64,000 nucleotides of DNA from Macrostomum lignano (taxonomy: Eukaryota). Shown in pieces: positions 23,778 through 64,000 of the stretch. The number at the start of each line of letters is the position of its first letter. Position 1 is the stretch's first letter. The stretch lies in assembly GCA_002269645.1 (NCBI GenBank), contig NIVC01000701.1, positions 62,001 through 126,000 of the forward strand, given 5' to 3'. Made by a program: the position numbers and the translations under genes. Below the pieces are notes generated by a model that was not told where the DNA came from, searched no databases, and saw only the letters and a list, made by a program, of their open reading frames with translations.

Positions 23778-26700
23778 GCAATATTATATTATTTTCTGAC
23801 AGTGAAGGAATTAGTAGCTTAAAAACTTATATCAGAAATAATTTAATAATTGAATAATTATAAGTATAATAATTATAACAAAGTAATAACTATTATTACT
23901 TTATTTTTTTGTAATTATAAAAACTATTTAACAATATTATTTACACTAATGAAATATTGAAATATTGTAATAATGTGCATTCTTTTACTTTAATTGAAAT
24001 AAACCACATCATTTCAAGAGAGACTGATTTAAATTACCAATTTCGACACAATGTTGTTAAATTGCATTTAAAATATATATTAGCAGACTATACATGTATT
24101 TTTATAAGGTTAAAAATAGGATTATTAAAATTATGCTTTAGTCTATTGTTATTTATTTGTAATAATATAAATATAAAACATAGGCATTCAATCTAAAGGT
24201 TACTTTTTACATCTGATCAGCAATAGAAAAGTGTAAAGTGGAAATGCAAAATTTGCCTGTTTCTATTAAGTAAATAATATATTTACATGTGTATAACAAA
24301 CAATCCAAACATGAAGCAGTTGTTTGAAGCCAATATTTTATTTGACAAAAAACCATTACAATCAATTACTACTTACTAGTTAATTAGCATAAACAATTAA
24401 GTTACAAACTTAGGATGCTAGTTATTAAAGTACTATTGAAATAGAATATATTTGAAAAGGAGCTGTTTGTACTTATGAAAAGTTTTTAATATCACTAATT
24501 GATGTAATTCTCACGGTGGGCTAGGAGAGTTTTTTTAGAAATATTGCACGTGTGATTTTGAAAATGTTCGAATTTATTTTCGTTATTTTATAGGCTCTGA
24601 CATTTCATAAACTATAACAAAGCGGTATAAATTTGAGTATCTGTATGAGATAAGCATCTTATGACAAGCTTTATAATGAGTTTAAGTATACATATAAAAT
24701 AGATACATGAAATCACATCAGCAAATAAAAAACCTGAACATTCATTCGCACTCAAGCACGAATTCTCAAACAAAGTATAAAATTATATTAAACCTTGTGT
24801 TCATTATCTAAGCCAGTTTTTTTGTTAATGAATTTTTAACATCAGGAACATATAAGAATGTATAAGTTAAGAGTTCGATGTGTTTCACCCCTCATGTTGA
24901 TGTAGATGTAGATGTTGATTAGAGAGAGTGCAGACTTGACCTGACGAGAAAATTCGTTTTTAGAAATGTTTTAGAGGCTTGGTTAACGCAAAAAGTACAC
25001 TATAGAGATAAGAACTCTCTCATTTTTGGAACGGAAATAGCGATATTGGATGCAGATCTAAAGCTCATCTTTTAGTACACTCGTAGAAATATACCCTGCT
25101 TTATTGATTTTAAAAGCTTTTTCTGCAAAAGTTAAACTCACGACGCCACTCCTCCGTTGGAAGAGAAATGCCATTCCCAAAACTCTAGCCGGATTTCCCC
25201 GGGAACTGCATCTCAGGAACTCCGGAAGCTATATTAAAATCGCAAAATATTATCAAACCACAGCCCAGTAATCCTAGTCATTACCCTAAACCCAACCCTC
25301 CATTAATTTGTTATCCAACGCAGAGTTACCAAAAAATCTCGACACTATTTACACGATTTAATTCATTCCAGCCGACCAATAGCTTCAAACGTTACCTTAA
25401 CTTTCTCTGTCAATGCGAACAATATTTTACATGTACAGTACAGTCGAAACATTTTGCGATAAGAAGATTACTGGATTTCAATCGTTGAAGAAAAATTGCT
25501 TTTAACGAATTTTTCATCTGAATCTATGTAACAAGCGTACTATGTACTAGCTCCGCAAAAAGCCGCAGGTACTGCATGCCAATTATTGACAGTACATGTA
25601 AATTTAAAGAAAACGATAAAGATTATGAATCAAGAAGCACATTCGCGCGTTAGCTACTGTCAGTTTATTAGGCTAAATATACATGTAGAAGCATTTTAAT
25701 GCCATGTATGTATTTTAGATACCCCCCCCCAGCTGAACCCCTCCGAGCGCGTTTTTTCACACCAAAACCACCAACCAATCAATTTTTATTGCCTTCCTAG
25801 CCCCGGTGTTCCAGCCTAAAGCTGCCTGCTATGTACACTTGCAGTAGCGCTGGCCTAATGTACATATCATTATTACGGCTGCACCAAAAGCAGTAGGCTG
25901 TTTACGTCTGCAAGTCACCTTAAATGCCTTCATTTTTATAAAATAGCTTACGCATTCTTTCTTACTACTACTGAACTAAAAGTAGGAAAACAGTTTTACC
26001 AAGCAAATATAGCTAAATGGCCCTAGTGTTTATGTGTGATCAAGACCAAGATAAAAATTCAACTTTTCAGCCACTAAGGTGGATTCACAGACTTCATCAA
26101 GATTAACCAATGTCTGCAATATGGATCAGCTCAAACTTTAAGGAAATCTTCAAGGAAATTTACCGGTATTGACTGGAATTTGGAAGGCCAATAAAATGAA
26201 GCAAAAACAAAAGCAAATTGCTATTCAAATTATTTTAAAGGTTAAATGGCACAAGCAGAAATTCATTAATGCTTTTACTGTATATTTGACAGCAATAAAG
26301 AGAATCGCGTTGCTACCACGACACAGAGAAACAGCCAGAGTTAATTTTCGACGGCTTACAAAAATGCATGCGTGCGCCAATCAGAATCACACACATTTAT
26401 ATATTTGAGCTACTAATAGTAGGGGGCAAAGAAAACTAATAAGAAAAATCACCGTTAAAAGATTAATATTGGTGAAAATCAAAACCAGAGTACATCTGAC
26501 TCTTTGTGCGAATCTGCGAACTGAGAATTCAATCAGACTATGGGATTATAATGAAATTGGTTTATTTGCTAAAAACGCAACTGTTGAAAAATATGATAAT
26601 CTAATCAAAAACACAATTACCATAATTATACTCATACAAAATGGAGAGTCTGACAAGTGCACTATGTATTAATATAGTCTGCATTAGAAACAGTTCGTAT

Positions 26701-26814
26701 TCAAAGCGGCTTCCTAGCCTTGAACAGGCCCCAACGCTGGCAGCCCCGGTCCACTCGTCCGATTTTGGCGCCCCAACCGTCCAGGATGTACTGGTACATC
26801 TGTTCGCCAACATC
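26701..26814 (-). CDS. PMT: PMT exon 3 (DVGEQMYQYILDGWGAKIGRVDRGCQRWGLFKARKPL*)
   Basis: tttcaccag| acceptor; matches the PEAMT C-terminus; not in the ORF track; AATAAA (minus) at 26561-26566. Confidence 0.9.
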   Translation of the reverse strand, partial: DVGEQMYQYILDGWGAKIGRVDRGCQRWGLFKARKPL

Positions 26815-28861
26815 CTGGTGAAATTCGGTTTCGGGGAATGCTTTCATTAAAACAGGCAGCAGCATTTAACAGTTGAATGGAGTGACCTTGAATCACGCGA
26901 GTTTGAATGACGTGACCTTGAATCAAGTGAGTTAGAATCGTGTGACCTTGAATCACGTGACCTCGAATCACGTGACCTTGAATCAAGCAAGTTTGAATGA
27001 CGTGACTTTGAATCACGTGACTTTGAATCACGTGACCTTGAATCACACAAGTTTGAATCACGTGACCTTGGATCAAGTGAGTTAGAATCGTGTGACCTTG
27101 AATCACGCGACTTTGAACCACGTGACCTAGAATCACGCAAGTTTGAATGACATTACCTTGAATCAAGTGAGTTAGAATCGTGTGACCTTGAATCACGTGA
27201 CTTTGAATCACGTGATCTTGAATCACGCAAGTTTGAATGGCGTGACCTTAAGTCACGTAACTTAATCACTTTAACCTTTGTACTTTAAGAGCCTCTTACA
27301 TGCAGCTAGGATTGGGAGGGACTATTTGCAACGAGGATGGGGTTGATTGCTAGAATCATGACGCACCAACGTGCATTGGCCTCTCACCTTAAGAAACTGC
27401 TCGCGCAGTCCCACCACCCGGGACTGCTCGTCGACCAGGGCTCGGCGAAACCGGTCGGTGAAGTCGATAGCTTCGACATCAGTGAAACCGACGCTTGACA
27501 GGACGGCGCCGTACTCCGGCACGGTCAGCAGGTGGTAGCCTCGCTGCTTCACGTAGGCCGCGTAATCGTCTGGCCAGGGCTTCTCACCGCAGCAGTAGTC
27601 CGTGACCAGCAGCTGGCCGCCCGGCTTCAGCCAGCGCAGGCAGCGCTGATACAGAGTGGCCTTGTCGGCGATGTGCAGGATGGTGTCCCGGCTGTACACC
27701 AGGTCGAATGAGGCCTCTGGATAGTCCACGGTGGTGCAGTCGGCCAGGACGAGGCGGACTTGATCTTCGCGCAGGCCTTCTGGAAAGTAGATTAGCAATC
27801 CATTCCATTCCTTAATGAACCATGTTGGCTAGATTAGCAATCCATTCCATTCCTTAATGAACCATGTTGGCTAGATTAGCAATCCATTCTATTCCTTAAT
27901 GAATGATGTTGGCTAGATTAGCAATCCATTCTATTCCTTAATGAATAATGTTGGGTAGATTAGCAATCCATTCTATTCCTTAATGAATAATGTTGGGTAG
28001 ATTAGCAATCCATTCTATTCCTTAATGAATAATGTTGGCTAGATTAGCAATCCATTCTATTCCTTAATGAATAATGCTGGGTAGATTAGCAATCCATTCT
28101 ATTCCTTAATGAATGATGTTGGCTAGATTAGCAATCCATTCTATTCCTTAATGAATAATGTTGGCTAGATTAGCAATCCATTTTATTCCTTAACGAATAA
28201 TATTGGCTAGATTAGCAATCCATTTTATTCCTTAATGAATAATGTTGACTAGATTAGCAATCCATTTTATTCCTTAATGAATAATGTTGGCTAGATTAGC
28301 AATCCATTCTATTCCTTAATGAATAATGTTGGGTAGATTAGCAATCCATTCTATTCCTTAATGAATAATGTTGGCTAGATTAGCAATCCATTCTATTCCT
28401 TAATGAACCATGTTGGCTAGATTAGCAATCCATTCTATTCCTTAATGAATAATGTTGGCTAGATTAGCAATCCACTTACGCATCTTTAGTTCCTCAGAAA
28501 GGCACTAGACTAGCAATCCACTCTAATCCCTCCACAATCGAGGCTCACCCTTCTCAACCTGCTCCTTGAGCCGCTCCATGCCGATGTCCAGCATATTCTT
28601 GGACAAGTCGATGGCCTCGACTCGGCAGCCGTACTTTCTTGCCAGATAGAAGGCGCTACCGCCGATGCCGCAGCCGATGTCCAGCACGGAGCTGTCGGGC
28701 CTCAGACTCAGCGCCGAGCACAGATCATTAGTGGTGTCCTCTCCGCCAGTGCTAACGTAGGTGTGACCGAAGATCTTCTCGTAGCTCAGAATGCCGATTC
28801 GAGAATATTGGACATTGTCCAGGAACTCTTGAAATGTAGCGTAGCCGTGATAGTCTGTCAT
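26701..28861 (-). CDS. PMT: Phosphoethanolamine N-methyltransferase (PMT/PEAMT), single domain, 272 aa
   Basis: Exons 28861-28549, 27779-27388, 26814-26701 in phase. FLDNVQYS..GILSYEKIFG...VSTGG, VLDIGCGIGG, YSRDTILHI, WLKPGGQLLVTDYC, GW..K...QRWGLF.A.K. In-frame TAA upstream of the ATG. Confidence 0.93.
26880..27260. repeat. 15-bp minisatellite TCACGTGACCTTGAA
   Basis: PMT intron 2; contains palindromic CACGTG. Confidence 0.93.
27388..27779 (-). CDS. PMT: PMT exon 2
   Basis: ctactttccag| acceptor; AAG|gtgaga donor. Confidence 0.92.
27789..28474. repeat. 42-bp minisatellite AGATTAGCAATCCATTCTATTCCTTAATGAATAATGTTGGCT
   Basis: about 16 copies in PMT intron 1. Confidence 0.96.
28549..28861 (-). 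CDS. PMT: PMT exon 1
   Basis: ATG 28861; AAG G|gtgagc donor. Confidence 0.9.
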
Positions 28862-30094
28862 AGCGATCCCGGTGGCTAATTAATTATCTGTGCTGTTGTT
28901 GCCTGTTCTGTAAATCGTGCGCCAATGAAACTTCTCTTCACTCCAAATGCTTTTATTACGCGGTTTAAAAGCCCGAGTGGCGTGGAGGGAGGGGTACAGA
29001 GATTATAGCTACGAATGGAAATGAGTAATTTTCCATTGCATTCAGAATTACACAGGCTGCATTTGCACTGGCATTGGCTGGCGTGGCGTGTGTTGGGTGG
29101 CGGCCGAGGACCACTAGAGACCCAAAGCTATCTGGAGTGGAAACTACCAATAAAGAGTTAGTCAATTGGAAAATATGAAAAGCACTCTGAACCTCTGACA
29201 AGTTAGCATGATTTCCAATCCAAATACTTGGTTTTTTTTTCAGAACTCCTTGAACTGTAGGTATTTCTATACATAGCATATAAGCTATAGATTAATTCAA
29301 AATCAAAAAACAAATTGAAGCTTCCAATCCAGATGTTTGCTCTGTAGTAGTTCTTGAATTTTATTGTACTTTATTACGTCTTGCCCTACACCTGACAGCT
29401 TATTAATTTAAGTAGAGTCAGCTATGCGCTTCGGACAATTCGGTCAAAGATTTCCACTCCAGAATAACAATTTGTACTCCTTGAACGTAGGCGCTCTTTT
29501 CCTTGGACTGACTGCTTAGTTTGTGCTTAAAACCCGGTTAAAACCCACACTAGGGGGATTTTCTCGTAGCAAAATTAAACTTCTCTCTCTACCCCCTCCA
29601 TGATATTCCATAGTCCGGAAATCTTCCTGCACACTGATTAACACTAACAGCATGCGGTGCCTATTGAAGACTTGAGTGGCAATGTTCAGTCAGTGCCGCA
29701 GTCATATATTATCTTACACGTGTAAGCTAGACTAGTGTCAGAAAACCGGTTTGAACCGGCGCATGCCAAATCTATAACTGGAATTGTAAACGCTACCAAA
29801 TAGCTTTGAGATAACAATAGATTTATAGCAGCATGTAAAGCTTACCAGAACCCGTGTAATAAAGCATGACTCAGCAATTTTATTTTATCTTATTTACGCA
29901 AAATTTACATGCAAATCATTCTCAATAAGGAGAGTTCAACTCAATAGAAACACTAAAAGGAACACAGTTGATGCAATTTCAGATTGCATTGTACCACAAA
30001 ATTAAGAATTAACAAGCTATAAGCATACTAAGTACCTACTTACTACTTACTATAAGTATTCAACACAATTTTAGATTTTACAGCGTGAAAATTC

Positions 30095-30280
30095 GAATCA
30101 AACGATATGTATCGATATTCGAATTAAACTTTATGTATCAATATTTGAATTAACCGATACGTATCGATATTCGAATTAAACGATATGTATCGATATTTAA
30201 ATTAACCAATATATATCGATATTTGAATTAACCAATATGTATCGATATTAAAATTAAACGAGTATTAGAATTAAACGATC
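30095..30280. repeat. About 26-bp AT-rich repeat ATCGATATTCGAATTAAACGATATGT
   Basis: about 7 copies; one further unit after the SINE at about 30578-30598. Confidence 0.88.
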
Positions 30281-30285
30281 TATTA

Positions 30286-30570
30286 GGGGCTGTAGCCTAG
30301 TGGTTAGAGCGTCGGACTCACAACTTGAAGGTCGGGGGTTCGATTCCCGATTCCACCGGAACAATTTGTGTTATTGAGCAAGACACTTAACTCTGCATTG
30401 CTTCAGTTCACCCAGCTGTAAAATGGGTGCCAGCATCAGCTGTACTAATTGAGGATGTGTGTGGCGACCCCCCCTCCCCCAGCCCTTGGACTGAACAGCC
30501 GTACGCAGCCTTGAGATGCGCCGTGCAATAGCTGCGGCTGAGCTGTCGGTTGCACAACCTGGCCAAAACG
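30286..30570 (+). mobile_element. tRNA-derived CORE-type SINE
   Basis: A box TAGCCTAGTGG and B box GGTTCGATTCC (30286-30357), then TGTGTTATTGAGCAAGACACTTAACTCTGC...TTCAGTTCACCCAGCTGTAAAATGGG, resembling the MIR CORE (TGTG.CCTTGGGCAAGT.ACTTAACCTCTCTG.GCCTCAGTTTCCTCATCTGTAAAATGGG); inserted in a 26-bp array. Confidence 0.75.
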
Positions 30571-30673
30571 ATATAATCATCGATATTCAAATTAAACAAA
30601 ATATGCAACTATCTAGAAATCTAAATTGCGTAAATACGCGCAGCAAAATTTCGAATGAGCAGTGGAGCACTTT

Positions 30674-31015
30674 CTAAAAGTCAATGCAGCGCCCTTTCCG
30701 CTCCCAGTCGCCGAATCTCGTCGGCTCCGGCCCTCGAGGCCCTTCAATCTCTCCAGTCAGCGGGTTGACATTGTTCGGAAATGCTTCCAGCGGCTCTTTC
30801 GGCGCGTCCGGATGCGGCGGCTTCGTCTTTGCTGGCTTCTCCTGGTCGTGAGAATCAGTGGCGGCGCCCGACAGTGGCTGCTGCTTGCCCGATGAAGCCG
30901 AGTTGGATGAGGAAGCCAGCATCCGCGACTGCATCGGAGCGGCGACAGGTTTGATTGACAGGCCAAGTTGTACCGCCTTTCCTAGAACAGCTCTGCTCAG
31001 TGCGACAGGCCACAT
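30674..31015 (-). CDS. SDHAF4: Succinate dehydrogenase assembly factor 4 (Sdh8/DUF1674), 113 aa, intronless CDS
   Basis: C-terminal NPLTGEIEGPRGPEPTRFGDWERKGRCIDF; N-terminus resembles a mitochondrial presequence; first ATG at 31015 (track start 31033 is TTG). Confidence 0.93.
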   Translation of the reverse strand: MWPVALSRAVLGKAVQLGLSIKPVAAPMQSRMLASSSNSASSGKQQPLSGAATDSHDQEKPAKTKPPHPDAPKEPLEAFPNNVNPLTGEIEGPRGPEPTRFGDWERKGRCIDF

Positions 31016-31074
31016 GTTCGTCTGGGACTGCAAATTTCGAAGGCTCTTATTGATTTGAAAAAAATAGCTGTGAG

Positions 31075-31860
31075 AGTAGATAAAGTGAGGGAGAGGGCAG
31101 ATGGACTGAGGGTAGATAGAGCGAGGGAGATAAGGGGTAGATAGAGTGAGGGAGAGGGCAGATGGAGTGAGGGTAGATGGAGTGAGGGCAGATGGACTGA
31201 GGGCAGATGGACTGAGGGCAGATGGAGTGAGGGCAGATGGACTGAGGGCAGATGGAGTGAGGGCAGATGGAGTGAGGGCAGATGGAGTGAGGGCAGATGG
31301 AGTGAGGGCAGATGGAGTGAGGGCAGATGGAGTGAGGGCAGATGGAGTGAGGGCAGATGGAGTGAGGGCAGATGGAGTGAGGGCAGATGGACTGAGGGCA
31401 GATGGACTGAGGGCAGATGGACTGAGGGCAGATGGACTGAGGGCAGATGGAGTGAGGGAGAGGGAGGTAGATAGACTGAGGGAGAGGGAGGTAGATAGAT
31501 TGAGGGAGAGAAAGTAGATAGAGTGAGGGACAGGGGGTAGATAGACTGAGGGAGAGGGGGTAGATAGAGCGAGGGACAGGGGGTAGATAGAGTGACCAAG
31601 AGAGTAGATAGATCGGGAGGAAGAGAGGGTAGATAGAGCGAAGGAAATGGGGTAGATAGAGTGACCAAGAGAGTAGATAGATCGGGATGAAGAGAGGGTA
31701 GATAGAGCGAGGGAAATGGGGTAGATAGAGTGACCAAGAGAGTAGATAGATCGGGAGGAAGAGAGGGTAGATAGAGCGAGGGAGACGGCAGATACGGGAG
31801 ACGATAGCTAAGGGAGAGGTTAGATAAGGGAGGGCAGATAAGGGAGGGCAAGAGTGGATG
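31075..31860. repeat. GA-rich compound array (15-bp GAGGGCAGATGGAGT and GGTAGATAGA variants)
   Basis: directly upstream of SDHAF4. Confidence 0.92.
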
Positions 31861-32439
31861 CAGATGGAAGATGAGAAGTGAAATCCTGACAAACAAATAA
31901 TTAAATTCAAACTGGAAAATTGAATAAAAACCAGTTCAGAGAAGCCAGTTAGGCAGTTGTATTGGCCAGCTAAAACACACAACAAGTCTGCAAGTCGGTC
32001 AATATTGTTTTGTAGAGGGTAGGTGGATGTCAGACAGACGGTTCGTATTTATTTTATTTGCGTCTTTCGTCTACTTATACTCAGTTGGAGCACAACTCGT
32101 TATTAAATTTTACGAGAGAATTCATCCATACTACTTATACAGGAAAAAATAAGTAGGTAGCTATTAGAAAGGACAATAATAACAAATATACAGATTTTCA
32201 ACTTTTTGAATTCCGATAAAACAATTTGCGTTCAAACGAAAGAGAAAATAAGAGGCATATTGTGCTACTGAGCTAAGTAGCAGTAGTAGCATATATATTA
32301 CAGACACAACGGTGCTACGCTATGAAAAAGTAAGGTTATATTTTAAGTTCTTAAATTTCCATTTTTTGGTAACCAACAGATACCTGAGTCTTAGAAATAG
32401 AAATCAATATTCGCAGAAGGTCTGTGGGGACCTTTAGAC

Positions 32440-32550
32440 CCCCATTCCGCTGACTCCTGACCCTACACGCGCTCACACAGAGTGTACAGCGCCCCTGGAC
32501 ATTCTAATCGTCTTGGGGGCTGGCCTCATGGGTGTTAATTTAGATTTGAA
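32440..32550 (-). mobile_element. SINE-like family 2 body fragment
   Basis: Reverse complement CCCCCAAGACGATTAGAATGTCCAGGGGCGCTGTACACTCTGTGTGAGCG matches the family. Confidence 0.45.
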
Positions 32551-32779
32551 TCTAAATTTAGTTTAAACTTTCTTTAAATGTTAATTCTATGAGTGAAATC
32601 ATGATAACAAAGTTCAAAGGGTCGCACAAAACGGCCTCCATTGTTATGCTGATGTTAAACCATTACAGACAGCTGAACCCCCGCTGGATAGACAAAGAAG
32701 AATAAATACAAATATAAAATTCTAAAGAAGCGGAGTTCTCAAACGAATAGCAGTCCCGATGGTGAAGTTCTCCTTACTC

Positions 32780-33950
<1,171 letters not shown>

Positions 33951-35313
33951 CTTGCTTAGCAAATGTTAAGCAATGGGTACTAAAACTGACATAGGAGCTC
34001 AATAAATCCAGAAATATATCAGCTATTATACCACATGACCGACTCCGACTAACCATCTACCCGCATAAAAGGAGGAAAATTTAACTACTAATAGAATCGA
34101 GCAGTTCAATGAGCAATTTTATTAATTTATAAAATACCTCTGTTGCAAAAAGAGCGCAAGGAAAAACACGAAACAATTTTTCAAAACGAAAAACACACGC
34201 GACTAATTAAAAGTGAAAGGAGTTTTGAACAATGTGCGCGCGCTTTGGAATGCGGTGTTAGATTAACAAATGGGATTAACAATTCACAGAGAGATCTCAC
34301 AAGAGCGCTACTGGATACTGAAAAGATGGCAATTTGATTTAGAACATTAGCACAAAAATTTACAATTGAGTTTAGGCATGAAGGAACCAAATCACAGCTC
34401 TTGGTCGATTTTCGAAGCAGCAAACTCAAATTAAGGTAAAAAATTATGTTTTAGTAGAAAATGCTAACAACACTACTAGTAGATAGCTCTTGGACAGTAG
34501 CACAATAGGGAAAAATGTGACAATTAAAAAATCGCACAATGCTTAAACAAAGAAAGTATATTATTTGTTATTCTACTCTAATTAATCCACTATTCAAACA
34601 ATTTTAAAAAGCAGAAACCAACCAATTAGTGGAATAAATAATTATTAGGTAAAAATATCTATTACCAAACAAGTCTATTTGGACTGCCACCATTCCTGAG
34701 TGTACAGCAGTATCCTTCTCTAGTCTGGAAGTCCTTGCGCATCGGGTATTGGAAGATTAAAGGAATAAAAGACGCGGCTTTGAGAATAAAATAGAATCTA
34801 TAGAAATAAAAGTGCAAATGATGTACAAGCCAGCAATATGATAATTTGCAATGGTTTTAAAATGAAAATGAATGACAGAAGCACGGAATATATTATTGAA
34901 ATAGCCAGCTGTAAACTTAGGTAATGTAGTTGGAACATGGCCGCAGCAGATTGATTACAGTAACTACTCAAGTCCTGAGCTCGATTCTCTACCCACCAAT
35001 GAGGCTAAAAAATCTTGATGGTAAATGATATGTAAAAATGATAAAATTTCTTATGCTGCTCTGCAAAATAAGGTATCAATAATCGCTACTTGCCTACTTA
35101 AAAAGATAAGTAGACAGTAGCGCACTTTTATTCTGCGACGTGAATCTGATTAGCCACATTTTGATAGACCCAAGCACTGTTAAGAACCGTGAAAATAAGA
35201 TGCAGATTTTGAGGCCGATTTTTATCATCCGTTAATACAAAACCGGCCTTCAAAACATTTATTGTTTAAATCAAACAAAAGGCCAACGTGGACATATTCC
35301 AACTACAGTCCTA

Positions 35314-62491
<27,178 letters not shown>

Positions 62492-62507
62492 CTGGCGAGG
62501 GGCAGCG

Positions 62508-63468
62508 GTCAGGTGGGGCTGACTAATTGGTCAGATGGGGCAGGCTGGCTAATTGGTCAGGTGGGAATGCTGTCTAATTGATCAGGTGGTGGTTAGCTAA
62601 TTGGTCAGGTGGGGCTGGCCTGGCTAATTGGTCAGGTGGGGATGCTGTCTAATTGATCAGGTGGTGGTTAGCTAATTGATCAGGTGGTGGTTAGCTAATT
62701 GGTCAGATGGGGCTGGCCTGGTTAATTGGTCAGGTGGGGCTGGCCTGGCTAATTGGTCAGGTGGGGATGCTGTCTAATTGATCAGGTGGTGGTGAGCTAA
62801 TTGGTCAGATGGGGCTGGCCTGGTTAATTGGTCAGGTGGGGCTGGCCTGGCTAATTGGTCAGGTGGGGATGCTGTCTAATTGATCAGGTGGTGGTTAGCT
62901 AATTGGTCAGGTGGGGCTGGCTAATTGGTCAGGTGGGGATGCTGTCTAATTGATCAGGTGGTGGTTAGCTAATTGGTCAGGTGGGGCTGGCTAATTGGTC
63001 AGGTGGGGATGCTGTCTAATTGATCAGGTGGTGGTTAGCTAATTGGTCAGGTGGGGCTGGCTAATTGGTCACGTGGGGATGCTGTCTAATTGATCAGGTG
63101 GTGGTTAGCTAATTGGTCAGGTGGGGCTGGCCTGGCTAATTGGTCAGATGGGGCTGGCTAATTGGTCAGGTGGGGCTGGCCTGGCTAATTGGTCAGGTGG
63201 GGCTGGCCTGGCTAATTGGTCAGGTGGGGCTGGCCTGGCTAATTGGTCAGGTGGGGCTGGCCTGGCTAATTGGTCAGGTGGGGCTGGCCTGGCTAATTGG
63301 TCAGGTGGGGCTGGCCTGGCTAATTGGTCAGGTGGGGCTGGCCTGGCTAATTGTTCAGATGGGGCTGGCTAATTGGTCAGGTGGGGATGCTGTCTAATTG
63401 ATCAGGCGGTGGTTAGCTAATTGGTCAGATGGGGCTGGCCTGGCTAATTGGTCAGGTTGGGCTGGCTA
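62508..63468. repeat. Compound repeat with core CTAATTGGTCAGGTGGGG (21-27-bp units)
   Basis: starts about 15 nt from the 62492 acceptor. Confidence 0.94.
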
Positions 63469-64000
63469 ATAATAGGGCTAGACAATAAGTGTAAAAGCAT
63501 TGATAAAAATAGGTTTATTGACGCAAGCCATCACTTACAGTCATTCACAAGGCGCCCATAAGGTGGGTTGACAGCTAGTACAGTTTGAAAGGCTGCACTA
63601 GACAGTGCAAAAATGCCACTGCAGACAATTAAAATAGCATTGTAGAGCAAAAATGAGTCTAAAAAGCAATTAACAAACAATTATGTGAAGGTCAGTTATA
63701 ATACAATTCCCAAATCAATGCATTTAAATTTTAACTTACATTCCTTGCTAAAGGATACAAATGGACTTAGAAGTAGAAATAAAAGGTACACCAATGAGAA
63801 TAGATTGTATCGAATTAAACAGCCTAAAATTATAAAGATGAAGGTTGTTTAATGTTTTTAATTTATTGAATTTTAAATCAACTAACAGTATGTAGTGAAA
63901 AGACTTACCAATAAATAGAAAGAGCTGAATTAATCCTTTGCTTAAGAGTAGGATTTTCTTTATTCTCACCATTCTTTAAAATTTTTATTTGCTTAATAGC

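Noticed and set aside
22269-23799. Plus-strand ORFs overlapping DEG/ENaC, and similar antisense ORFs over RasGAP, ELOC and Piezo exons
   Set aside because: Shadow ORFs expected from GC-rich codon usage on the coding strand.
16560-26600. Further genes or transposons in AT-rich intergenic stretches (16.6-20.2 kb, 23.8-26.6 kb)
   Set aside because: Only short ORFs with no recognisable domains, terminal repeats or consistent splice chains.
27770-28556. AGAAGG direct repeat at PMT intron-1 junctions as a transposon target-site duplication
   Set aside because: Splicing would leave 4 extra nt relative to a pre-insertion state, which is not frame-compatible; probably chance.
28965-29520. Remnant N-terminal PMT domain upstream of PMT
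   Set aside because: Translations show no methyltransferase motifs.
30286-30357. Functional tRNA-Val(CAC)
   Set aside because: Acceptor, anticodon and T stems pair poorly, and the sequence runs into a SINE body rather than a T-run terminator.

Overview
Eukaryotic (animal) genomic DNA. GC-rich exons with CAG/polyQ runs, GT-AG introns and minisatellite-filled introns resemble the flatworm Macrostomum lignano; the species is my inference only. Six protein-coding genes were reconstructed by hand from splice sites and reading-frame phase. (+) SynGAP/DAB2IP/RASAL2-family RasGAP, 11 exons, 1163-15601, about 1290 aa. The other five are on the minus strand: a DEG/ENaC (ASIC-like) channel (2 exons, 20778-23777), a single-domain phosphoethanolamine N-methyltransferase (3 exons, 26701-28861), SDHAF4 (30674-31015), Elongin C (32780-33139) and a divergent Piezo (19 exons, 35314-62491, 5' end beyond the window). 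There are about 35 tandem arrays, a tRNA-derived CORE-type SINE and a second dispersed SINE-like family. Most long ORFs in the supplied track are artefacts of stop-free repeat units. Best leads: four single-base frameshifts confined to Piezo, replaced Piezo pore-neck residues, one 42-bp minisatellite family shared by two genes that supplies a branch-point motif in one of them, a possible trans-spliced operon, and a private minisatellite in almost every large intron. I found no clearly new biological system; these are hypotheses to test.
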